Below are positions 31,901 to 39,637 of a stretch of DNA of 64,000 bases, in pieces (within the stretch, counting starts at the first letter, position 1; each line of letters begins with the position of its first letter). The notes beneath the pieces are model-generated. The model was not told the origin of the DNA. It was given only the letters and a program-made list of their open reading frames with translations, and searched no databases. A program made the translations under genes and the position numbers. Source of the DNA: an uncultured bacterium (GTDB lineage: Bacteria; Auribacterota; Erginobacteria; Erginobacterales; Erginobacteraceae); contig CAWGIE010000047.1 in NCBI GenBank assembly GCA_963822585.1, positions 96,001-160,000 on the forward strand, read 5' to 3'.

Positions 31901-33637
31901 ACCGGGGATACCGGCGGGGGGGTAGTCTACGGTCTTGCCTGGGACGCCAGCGGTACCCTGTACGCCGGATGCGAAAACGGCCACGTCTATTCCAGGACAG
32001 GGTGGGGAGCCTGGAGCGATACCGGGGATACCGGCGGGGGGATAGTCTGGAGCCTCGCCTGGGACGGTATCGACACCCTGTACGCCGGATGCGACAACGG
32101 CCACGTCTATTCAAGGGCTGTAGGTGGAAGCTGGAGCGACACCGGGGATACCGGCGGCGGTAAAGTCCATAGCCTCGCCTGGGACGGCACCGACACTCTC
32201 TGCGCCGGATGTTGGGACGGCCACGTCTATTCCAGGACTGGAGGCGGAGGATGGAGCGACACCGGGGATACCGGCGGGGGGGATGTCTTGAGCCTTGTCT
32301 GGAACGGAACCGGCACCCTGTTCGCCGGATGCGACAGCGGCCACGTCTATTCCAGGGCTGGAGGGGGAAGCTGGAGCGACACCGGGGATACCGGCGGTGG
32401 TAAAGTCCATAGCCTCGCCTGGGACGCGAGCGGCACCCTATACGCCGGATGCTTTCTTGGGGTGTTCAAGGGCGCGCCGTCGCCGCCTCCGTCGCCATCA
32501 CCTACTGCAACACCCTCGGTGACGCCGACTGTGCCTCCTTCACCATCACCAACGGTTACACCCTCGGCCACCCTTCCTCCAACACCGCCGCCGACCCACA
32601 CACCGACTCCTCCGCCGACTATTCCGCCCACGCGCACACCGACGCCACCTCCGGCCACCGCGACACCGACACCACGGGCGACCATGACCATGACTCCGCC
32701 GCCGCCCAGCCGGACACCCACGCCGACTCCTCCGGCCACCGCGACACCGACACCACGGGCGACCATGACCATGACTCCGCCGCCGCCCAGCCGGACAACC
32801 ACGCCGACTCCTTCGGCAACCGCGACCCCGACGCCTGCCGCGACATCAGCCATGACGCCCACACCGACCTGCGGACCGACCGTGGCTCCGGCCGGATACG
32901 TTATCGATTCGGGAGACTATGACGGTGACGGGACCAGTGAGATCGCCATCTTCCGGCCCGGTTCCGGTCTCTGGGCGGTCCGGGGATTAACCAGGGCATA
33001 TTTCGGACGGATTGCCGATCTGCCGGCCTCCGGCGATTACAATGGAGACGGGATAACGGATATCGCGATTTTCCGGGAAAGTACCGGCCTCTGGGCGGTC
33101 CGGGGATTGAGCAGGGCATATTTCGGAACCGTGGGCGAGTTCCCGGTACCGGGAGATTATGATGGTGACGGCAGTTGCGACATCACAATCTTCAATGACG
33201 TCTCCGGCCTCTGGGCGATCAGGGAGTTCACCCGGATCTATTTCGGGACCGGGGGGGACCGGCCGATACCCGGCGACTACGATGGAGACAACACCTGGGA
33301 GATGGCCGTCTTCCGGCCCTTATCCGGCCTCTGGGCGGTCCGGGGGTTGACCAGAACGTACTTCGGCGGTGATGACGACTGGCCCATTGCCGCGGATTAC
33401 TCCGGCGACGGGAGCTGTCAAATCGGCATCTTCCGGCCCTGTACCGGCCTCTGGGCGCTGAGGGGGTTGACCCGGATCTACTTCGGAAGATGCACCGATT
33501 GGCCCCAACCCGCCGACTATGACGGAAGCGGAGCTGACAGTATCGGCATCTTCCGAGGAGCATCCGGACTGTGGGCGGTTCGTGGAGTCACCCGTCTCTA
33601 CTTTGGAGGCAGCAGCGATCTCCCGGCAACCAGATAA
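28976..33637 (+). CDS. Giant secreted protein: 28 x 40-aa propeller-blade repeats, Pro/Thr stalk and FG-GAP/VCBS-like C-terminal module
   Basis: RBS AAGGAG; signal ending PASA; 120-bp repeats DTGDTGGG.V.SLAWDGTDTLYAGC.NGHVY. Confidence 0.92.
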   Translation: MSQVRKNKAYLSTGSAHIEKARWVIGLVTAIFGALLLTLILPPGPASAAPLNWSDTEPISSSPIWSLAWDGNDTLYAGCNNGHVYQNVSGGGWIDTGDTGGGVVWSLAWDGNDTLYAGCNNGHVYQNVSGGGWIDTGDTGGGTVWGLARDGTDTLYAGCDNGHVYSRTGGGGWIDTGDTGGGAVYGLAWDGNDTLYAGSNNGHVYQNVSGGGWNDTGDTGGGTVNSLAWDGIGCLYAGCDNGHVYSRTGGGVWSDTGDTGWGAVTILAWDGTDTLYAGSNNGHVYQNVSGGGWCDIGDTGGWEVQNLAWNGTDTLYAGCNNGQVYQHLSGGGWSDTGDTGGGTAKSLAWDGTDTQYAGCGNGHVYSRTGGGSWNDTGDTGGGAVESLAWDGTDTLYAGCTNGRVYQNVSGGGWVDTGDTGGGTVWGLAWDGTDTLYAGCGNGHVYSRTGGGSWSDIGDTGGGVVWSLAWDGTDTLYAGGGNGHVYSRTGGGSWSDTGDAGGGDVLSLAWDGTDTLYAGCQYGHIYSRTGGGAWSDTGDTGGGVVWSLIWGDNGTLYAGCDNGHVYQNVSGGGSWSDTGDTGGGVVWSLAWDAAHTLYAGCDNGHVYQDVWGAWIDTGDNGGGKVQSLAWDATGTLYAGCENGHVYSRTGGGSWSDTGDTGGGTVWSLAWDGTDTLYAGCDNGHVYSRTVGGSWSDIGDTGGGKVHSLAWDDAYDTLYAGCENGHVYYRTGGGGWSDIGDTGGGTVWSLAWNGTDTLYAGCENGHVYHEVWGPWVDTGDTGGGKVHSLAWDASGTLYAGCANGHVYSRTGGGSWSDAGDTGGGVVWSLAGDGTDTLYAGCDSGHVYSMTGGGSWSDTGDTGGEEVLSLAWGDNGTLYAGCDNGHVYQNVSGGSWSDTGDTGGGEVWSLAWDGTDTLYAGCWDGYVYSGTGVGSWVDNGDSGGGVVYGLAWDASGTLYAGCDNGHVYSRTGLGNWVDTGDTGGGVVYGLAWDASGTLYAGCENGHVYSRTGWGAWSDTGDTGGGIVWSLAWDGIDTLYAGCDNGHVYSRAVGGSWSDTGDTGGGKVHSLAWDGTDTLCAGCWDGHVYSRTGGGGWSDTGDTGGGDVLSLVWNGTGTLFAGCDSGHVYSRAGGGSWSDTGDTGGGKVHSLAWDASGTLYAGCFLGVFKGAPSPPPSPSPTATPSVTPTVPPSPSPTVTPSATLPPTPPPTHTPTPPPTIPPTRTPTPPPATATPTPRATMTMTPPPPSRTPTPTPPATATPTPRATMTMTPPPPSRTTTPTPSATATPTPAATSAMTPTPTCGPTVAPAGYVIDSGDYDGDGTSEIAIFRPGSGLWAVRGLTRAYFGRIADLPASGDYNGDGITDIAIFRESTGLWAVRGLSRAYFGTVGEFPVPGDYDGDGSCDITIFNDVSGLWAIREFTRIYFGTGGDRPIPGDYDGDNTWEMAVFRPLSGLWAVRGLTRTYFGGDDDWPIAADYSGDGSCQIGIFRPCTGLWALRGLTRIYFGRCTDWPQPADYDGSGADSIGIFRGASGLWAVRGVTRLYFGGSSDLPATR

Positions 33638-33665
33638 AACGAGAATCATTCAGGAATGGATGAAG

Positions 33666-33694
33666 AAAAGGCGGCTCCGGAAGGGGCCGCTTTT
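33666..33694 (+). terminator. Intrinsic terminator
   Basis: AAAAGGCGGCTCC-GGAA-GGGGCCGCTTTT, 28 bp after the stop codon. Confidence 0.65.
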
Positions 33695-34057
33695 AAATTC
33701 GGGTCGGACCACGGTATTTCGTTGATTGATAGACAATTAGCTCGAAAATAGCCCCGAAAATTGGTCTTAGAGGCGTTTTTTTATACCCAAAAAGCGCTTC
33801 TAAGGCTCTTTTACTGCCCTGATTAACCATTTTTTCCATTTTCAAACCGGGCCATTCCGACCGCCGGGAATGATTCCCCCTTTTTAACTTTCTCGCTTTT
33901 CCTCCAGAGGCGGACCAGCGAATGTCTACGATCTCTTTCGATCCGGTAGACCTTTATGACGGACGTCAAAATTAACGGGAAAGCGGGAAAATTGATATGC
34001 CGGAATGAATATGATATGATCATCAAGTTGGCCTAACCCCAACCGAAAAATGGTCAT

Positions 34058-34804
34058 ATGCAATTCGTGATCCAGGAATTCCGTTCCGCCGGCAAGCCCG
34101 ATCAGAAGCGGTATTATCTCCGGCTGGATAAATACGGTGTTTTGCAGGGCTGGGCGGTACCGAAGGGGCTACCGGGAAAGGGCGATAAGCAGCGGCTGGC
34201 TATTGAGGTCGGTCCGATCAAGCAGGAAGCGGCTCGATTCGAGGGGGGAGTGCAGAAGAGTACATTCGGACCGGGTACGATCTCTATATTTGATCAGGGG
34301 GAGTACCGTTTCCATTCATGGACTGAGGACAGGATCATCTTTAAACTTTCCGGCTCCCGGGTGAAGGGATCATTCGCTCTTGTCCATTTTCCCAAGGGCG
34401 GCCCGAGGCACTGGCTGCTGGAGCAGACACATAATGGTCCAGACACTATCCCGTCACCAATTAAGTCACCAATAGTCGGGATAAAACCGGCAAGGACGGC
34501 ATCGGCCCATCGGAACAAACCGCGGAAAACCTCTCGCCAACGGAAAATGCCGCGCCCGGCATCGATCCCACGGAAGAAGCCGCAGAGAATATCGATTCAT
34601 CAGGAAAGGCCGGAGACGATATATAGAAAACCACCCGGAATAAAACAACTATTAGCAAGAAGAAGGAAAATAAGATTCCCCCGCCGCAATAAAGCTTCCT
34701 TCCGCACGGGTTATACAGCCGGCGATTGGCGGCTGCTCATAACCTTTATCCTGATCGGCCTCATTGCGTTAGTGGTCCTGGTTGTCCTGATTAATCTAAG
34801 GTAA
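34058..34804 (+). CDS. Degenerate LigD 3'-phosphoesterase-like domain with basic linker and C-terminal TM helix
   Basis: FVIQE..YLRL..GVL..WAVPKG..RLAIEV..FEG..FGPG..IFDQG.Y..L.GSRVKG.FALV. Confidence 0.75.
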   Translation: MQFVIQEFRSAGKPDQKRYYLRLDKYGVLQGWAVPKGLPGKGDKQRLAIEVGPIKQEAARFEGGVQKSTFGPGTISIFDQGEYRFHSWTEDRIIFKLSGSRVKGSFALVHFPKGGPRHWLLEQTHNGPDTIPSPIKSPIVGIKPARTASAHRNKPRKTSRQRKMPRPASIPRKKPQRISIHQERPETIYRKPPGIKQLLARRRKIRFPRRNKASFRTGYTAGDWRLLITFILIGLIALVVLVVLINLR

Positions 34805-34859
34805 AAGAGCCGGTCTTAGTTTTTTCGTTACCTCGTCACATCCGCCTCTTTTCAAAACC

Positions 34860-35215
34860 GCCATTTCGACCGCCGGGGAATGATTCCCTCTTTTTAACTT
34901 TCTCGCTTTTCATCCAGAGGCGGATAGACAAGAGCTTGGCACACAGACAGGAATGTCTGTGCTACTTTGGGCGCACACAGACAGGAATGTCTGTGCTACT
35001 TTGGGCGCACACAGACAGGAATGTCTGTGCTACCTTGGGAGCGAAGCGCGAAAGCGAGAAATGCCCGGGGGAGTCTATTGGTACTGAAATCGTATCTTTG
35101 CCGGAGCCGGAATTTCGCGGGGGGAGGGGGGGGATGTGCTTTTAATAAAAATCGGGCCGGAATCCCTCGATAAGTCAATAATTGAAGATAAAATGTGCCA
35201 CCCCGAAAAGCTTCG
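34860..35215. repeat. Composite REP-containing element, second copy of about 23757-24287
   Basis: Shared flanks TTTTTTAACTTTCTC..GAGGCGGA and CCTTGGGAGCGAAGCGCGAAAGCGAGAAA..GTGCCACCCCGAAAAGCTTC; 3 versus 6 REPs. Confidence 0.85.
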
Positions 35216-35699
35216 CCTGGTAAACCCGGGGTCGGACCTACCCAACTAATTGAATATTAAAAGGTTGTCTAAAAATACCCCCCTGATTTTAAGCTTAGAG
35301 GCCCAATTTTGGCCGCAAAATTGCCGCTCTAAGACTATTTCCTTCCCCGTTAGATCATTCCCCCCACTTTTTTAAATCAAAACCAGCCATTTCGACCGCC
35401 GGTACTCCTTATTTAACACCAGAGGCCAAAGCGTTATATGTTAAATAAGAAACATGGCCTCTGCAGATAGGGCCTCGCCGCTGCGGATTTCGGAACAAAG
35501 CAGCCACCCATTCCGCTCACCTCCGGCTATCCCTTATTACACAAAACAGGCAATGCCGGTTTTGTCTAATCAGGGATTTGGTTTTAAAACCCCTATGAGT
35601 AGTACTTCTTTTTATTGCGGGTTACGAGCGGTGAGGATACAATTTTGCCAGAAAGCGTATTTCTAAATAGCAATCCTGCAGCTGTAAAAGGAGCGGGCC

Positions 35700-36530
35700 A
35701 TGGAGATAAAGGAGATAGGAATCTCGAAGATTACCGGGAGTCTCTGCAAGATGAGACTCGAAAAGGACTATGAGGCGGAGGAGATGCTGGCTTCGGTTGA
35801 AGACCGGGGGGTGATGGACCCTCTCAAGGTCAAGAAGGTGAAGGACGGCTACCTGCTCTTCTCCGGGCACCGACGATTAAAAAGTGCCCGGGAGCTGGGG
35901 CATGAGACGATTCAGGCCGAAGTCTGGGAGGGGATCGAAGACCGGGAGGCGGCATTGATGGGCTTCGTGGAGAACATCAACCGCAAGGATTTTACGAGGT
36001 TGGAAGAAGGATACGCCTACCAGAAACTGGTGAAGGATTATAAGTACGCCGTGGACGACCTGGTCAAACCCTGCGGGAAATCACGGGGCCGCATCTACGC
36101 CCTCATCACCCTGGTCAAAAACCTGACCAAGACCATGAAGCAGGCGATCATCGAAGGGAAGATGACATCCGGCCACGCCGAGTGGCTGCTCCGGATCGAG
36201 GACCCGGAACGGCGAGAGCGGCTCTTCCAGATGGTCCTGGCCGGGGAGGTGGATCTCAACGACCTCAAGTACGAGGTCTACCGCCAGAAGCCGGACGAGG
36301 AGAAGAGCGAGCAGGAACTCCAACTCGACATCATCGAGGACATCTGCGAGGAGGATCCAAAAATCCGTTCGTTATGGAACCAGGGGATCGAGGTCCGCCG
36401 TTCCCGGAAGGGCTTGAAGATCACCTTCGACGTCGACGGCCCCCACGATCTTCTCTACAAGCTGAACGTCCTCACCGCCCCGGTTAAGAAGAAGCTCAAC
36501 ATCTTCGACCGGTTCAAAGAGAAGCACTGA
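35700..36530 (+). CDS. ParB/RepB/Spo0J family protein (no adjacent parA)
   Basis: GVMDPL.V, SGHRRL, ENINRKD, EEG.AY, I..GKMTSGHA..LL. Confidence 0.9.
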   Translation: MEIKEIGISKITGSLCKMRLEKDYEAEEMLASVEDRGVMDPLKVKKVKDGYLLFSGHRRLKSARELGHETIQAEVWEGIEDREAALMGFVENINRKDFTRLEEGYAYQKLVKDYKYAVDDLVKPCGKSRGRIYALITLVKNLTKTMKQAIIEGKMTSGHAEWLLRIEDPERRERLFQMVLAGEVDLNDLKYEVYRQKPDEEKSEQELQLDIIEDICEEDPKIRSLWNQGIEVRRSRKGLKITFDVDGPHDLLYKLNVLTAPVKKKLNIFDRFKEKH

Positions 36531-36713
36531 AATTGCTTGACCAAACCACCAGTCCTGCCGCAGGACTGGCCATTTCGTCAGGTAATTTATTATTTCCTAT
36601 CTACCTGTTGCCCAGCCGGTAACATTTATTGCTAGTTCAGGGCATATTGTTTCCTCCCCGATGTTCCTCATTTTCGTGTTTAACATATCCCTTTATAAAG
36701 GCAGGTTAAGGAA

Positions 36714-36901
36714 GCTGTCCAATAATTCGGATTTTACGTCATTGCGAGCCCGAAGGGCGAAGCAATCTATTTCATCTTTCATCATTACTTATTACTTCGC
36801 ATTTACAATAATGAGATTGCTTCGTCGCGTAGTCTACCCCGATTTATCGGGGCTCCTCGCAATGACCCTAAATTTTGACAAAATAGCCTTTATCGGACAG
36901 C
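36714..36901. repeat. MITE-like element enclosing GTCATTGCGAG..GAAGCAATCT / AGATTGCTTCG..CTCGCAATGAC palindromes
   Basis: Terminal IR GCTGTCC(A/G)ATAA; same family as 10614 and about 50540-50612. Confidence 0.65.
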
Positions 36902-37012
36902 CACTAAAAACTGGGGCTATCGTAGTTTCACATAGCCTTGTATAAACGCAGGCTAAAGTTTGCCTGCCGACGGTCCGGCCTGGGGATACCATATATGTAT
37001 TCAAGCGTACGC

Positions 37013-37297
37013 TTAAGCTATCTTTATCTGGAGGCGTTTTCCCAGGGCCCGGGCAATCTTGACCAGGGTATTGAGGGTAATGCTGTTATTCCGGGGATCT
37101 TCAATGCGTGAAATCGTCTGTTGCGTGGTCCCGACCATGTGAGCCAGTTCATTCTGGCTCCATCCCTTCTGTTCCCTCAAGCGGGCTATAGTAATGGCCA
37201 TATTCGCGTAGATTTCCTCTTCCTCAAACGCCTTCCGGAACTCCCGGTTTCCCAGGTCCTTCTGCAGCCGTTTTTTAAAGCTTCTCACGCCTTTCAT
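37013..37297 (-). CDS. HigA-like XRE antitoxin
   Basis: LREQKGWSQNELA..GTTQQTISRIE; downstream of the toxin. Confidence 0.88.
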   Translation of the reverse strand: MKGVRSFKKRLQKDLGNREFRKAFEEEEIYANMAITIARLREQKGWSQNELAHMVGTTQQTISRIEDPRNNSITLNTLVKIARALGKRLQIKIA

Positions 37298-37314
37298 TTC
37301 ATATGATCCTAGCG

Positions 37315-37677
37315 TTATAGATCTATTAATCCTTTATTAAGTCTTGAAAGAAAATTTAATCTCATAGACTCAGCTCTATTGATTTCATTTTCAGGTATTT
37401 TGTCCGACTTTTTCTTAATTCCATGAGTAATGATAATATTCTTATCATGGAAAAAGTAAAAGAAGCGGTATCGAATATTGCCGAAGCGTATTCGCAATTC
37501 TCTTATTTTCCCCCGGACTGCATCGGCATAAGGCCGGGGCAAATCGGGTCCTTCCTCCTCAAGTTTGCTAATCCACTTGGCGATTTTCGCCCGTTCTTTT
37601 GTCGGTAATGAATCGTAAAAATCTTCAGCCGGAGATTTCCCCGTTTCGGATTCAAAAAATAAAACACGATAATTCAC
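37315..37677 (-). CDS. RelE/HigB-family toxin
   Basis: G.SP..F, G..L.RPY, IRELR..YR.FYF..THG..KK. Confidence 0.88.
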   Translation of the reverse strand: MNYRVLFFESETGKSPAEDFYDSLPTKERAKIAKWISKLEEEGPDLPRPYADAVRGKIRELRIRFGNIRYRFFYFFHDKNIIITHGIKKKSDKIPENEINRAESMRLNFLSRLNKGLIDL

Positions 37678-38200
37678 TATCCGATCCCTATGGTTACACT
37701 ATTAATGGTGTAATGTCAAGTTGGTTTTTATAAGAGACAATCAGTAACAACATCAAATGATTTCTCTTCCGGTATAAACCTCCTCGTAAATTCAGGGTCG
37801 GACCACGGTAATTCGTTGATTGATAGATAATTAACTCGAAAATAGCCCCAAAAATTGGCCTTAGCGGCGTTTTTTTGATGTCGAAAATCGCTTCTAAAGC
37901 TCTTTTACTGCCCTGATTAACCATTTTTTCCATTTTCAAACCGGGCTATTTCGACCACTGGGAACGATTTTTCTTTTTTCCCTTTCTTGCCTCACAGACA
38001 GGAATGTCTGTGTTAGCTTGCCTCACAGACAGGAATGTCTGTGTCACCTTGGTGCGGATTTCGGAGTAAAGTGGCACCTAGTCAGTATTCAAAACCAGCT
38101 ATTTAGCCCGACGGAAAATACCGGTTTCCGACACTGCAACAATTAAGAATTTTTATATTGACCGGTATAACCGATCAATTGTATGGTTTAACCGATCGTT

Positions 38201-38788
38201 ATGACAATGCTGCCAGAAATACTATCTTCACGAGTACGAGCTGAAATATTTCGGATTTTATTTTCCGATGGGAATTCCGAGCTTCATGCCCGGGAAATCC
38301 AACGGCGTTCCGGCATGAGCATCGCGGCCGTGCAGGATGAGCTGAAGAAACTTGACAGGCTGGGCCTCATTAACATGCGGCATTCGGGCAATCGGGTATA
38401 CTATCGATCCAATCAAGAGCACCCTCTTTACAGGGAAATTCATAACCTGGTTTTGAAGACTTGCGGTCTTTCCGATCAATTGAAAGAAGCTCTTCAAGAT
38501 ACACCGATCCGGATTGCTTTTATTTTCGGTTCGATCGCAAATGGAACCGAAAAAGCCGGGAGCGATGTTGATCTGATCGTGATCGGCGATATCGGTCTGA
38601 GGGAGTTATCCGGCCTGTTGGCAGGGGTAATGGAAAAGATAGAGAGAGAGATTAACCCCCACGTTTTTTCCCCAGAGGAATTCTCCCGCCGCTTATCTGA
38701 TAAAGATCCCTTTCTGGGCCGGGTGATTTCCGCCCCGAAATTATTCATCAAGGGGAATGAAAATGACCTTGGAGCAATGGGCGAATAA
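38201..38788 (+). CDS. wHTH-MNT minimal nucleotidyltransferase antitoxin
   Basis: FIFGSIA.G..SDVDL..IG after an N-terminal HTH. Confidence 0.88.
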   Translation: MTMLPEILSSRVRAEIFRILFSDGNSELHAREIQRRSGMSIAAVQDELKKLDRLGLINMRHSGNRVYYRSNQEHPLYREIHNLVLKTCGLSDQLKEALQDTPIRIAFIFGSIANGTEKAGSDVDLIVIGDIGLRELSGLLAGVMEKIEREINPHVFSPEEFSRRLSDKDPFLGRVISAPKLFIKGNENDLGAMGE

Positions 38789-39206
38789 TTCCTGGTTGCG
38801 AAGCCACGCGGCCGACCGCAAAGAAATCGCGGACCTCTTCAGCATCATCGACCGCGACTTGAAGGATGCCGCCGAAACCGAACTCTCGGTGGATTGGCGC
38901 TTCGGGATCGCCTACAACGCGGTTTTAACTTTATGCTCTGTTCTTCTTCATTCCGCGGGCTACCGTCCGGGCAAGGGCAGCTTGGGGCATTATTACACCC
39001 TGGCCGCTCTGGGTGAAATAATGGATGGGAAGAAGGGGGATATTGAATATCTTCAGGCCTGCCGGACGAAACGGAACACGGTCGAATACGATTACGCGGG
39101 GGGAACGACGGATTCCGAGGCTCGGGAATTGCTGGAATACGCCCGGAAATTGAGGAACGACGTTATAACCTGGTTGCGGGTCAACCATCCCGAATTAATG
39201 CCCTGA
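38757..39206 (+). CDS. HEPN-domain toxin
   Basis: AYNA.L..GYR..H..R.KRN..EY; overlaps the MNT gene. Confidence 0.8.
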   Translation: MKMTLEQWANNSWLRSHAADRKEIADLFSIIDRDLKDAAETELSVDWRFGIAYNAVLTLCSVLLHSAGYRPGKGSLGHYYTLAALGEIMDGKKGDIEYLQACRTKRNTVEYDYAGGTTDSEARELLEYARKLRNDVITWLRVNHPELMP

Positions 39207-39637
39207 TTTTCGGTGATCATGATGCAGGGGACGATGTTACTTTGTTGCGTGATTACTTCCTGGTCAAACCCCACCTAAGCATCATTTTCACTTTCTTGCT
39301 TTTCCTCCAGAGGCGGACAGGCGCGCGTCTAAGACCTCCATAGATCCGGCAATACTTCATGACGGACGGCAGAATTGACGGGTCCGGGATCCGGCAGAAC
39401 TGACGGGAAAGCGAGAAAGTGTATTAATACGTTTCATCATTTTTTGCCCGATTCAGCAGCCATAGATTTGTAATCAAAGCTTCTCAGTCGCTTTTTTCCC
39501 AAAAGGGGACATTTCGACCGCCGGGGAAAGGGCAGGGGGAAGGGATAAGGGGTAAGGGAGAAGGGTGAAGATACAATTTTCTGAACGAAAGGGTTCCTGA
39601 ATAAAGCGGTGTCAACTGCGAAAATGAAGGCCGCCCC

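Noticed and set aside
29135..32104. 989-aa minus-strand ORF
   Set aside because: Antisense shadow of the GC-rich 120-bp repeat gene
27906..33637. Near-identical tail copies as DGR template/variable repeats
   Set aside because: No reverse transcriptase in the window; both copies are coding and the differences are not adenine-restricted
33700..39500. Classical integron
   Set aside because: No tyrosine integrase and no convincing attC structure seen; cassettes face both directions
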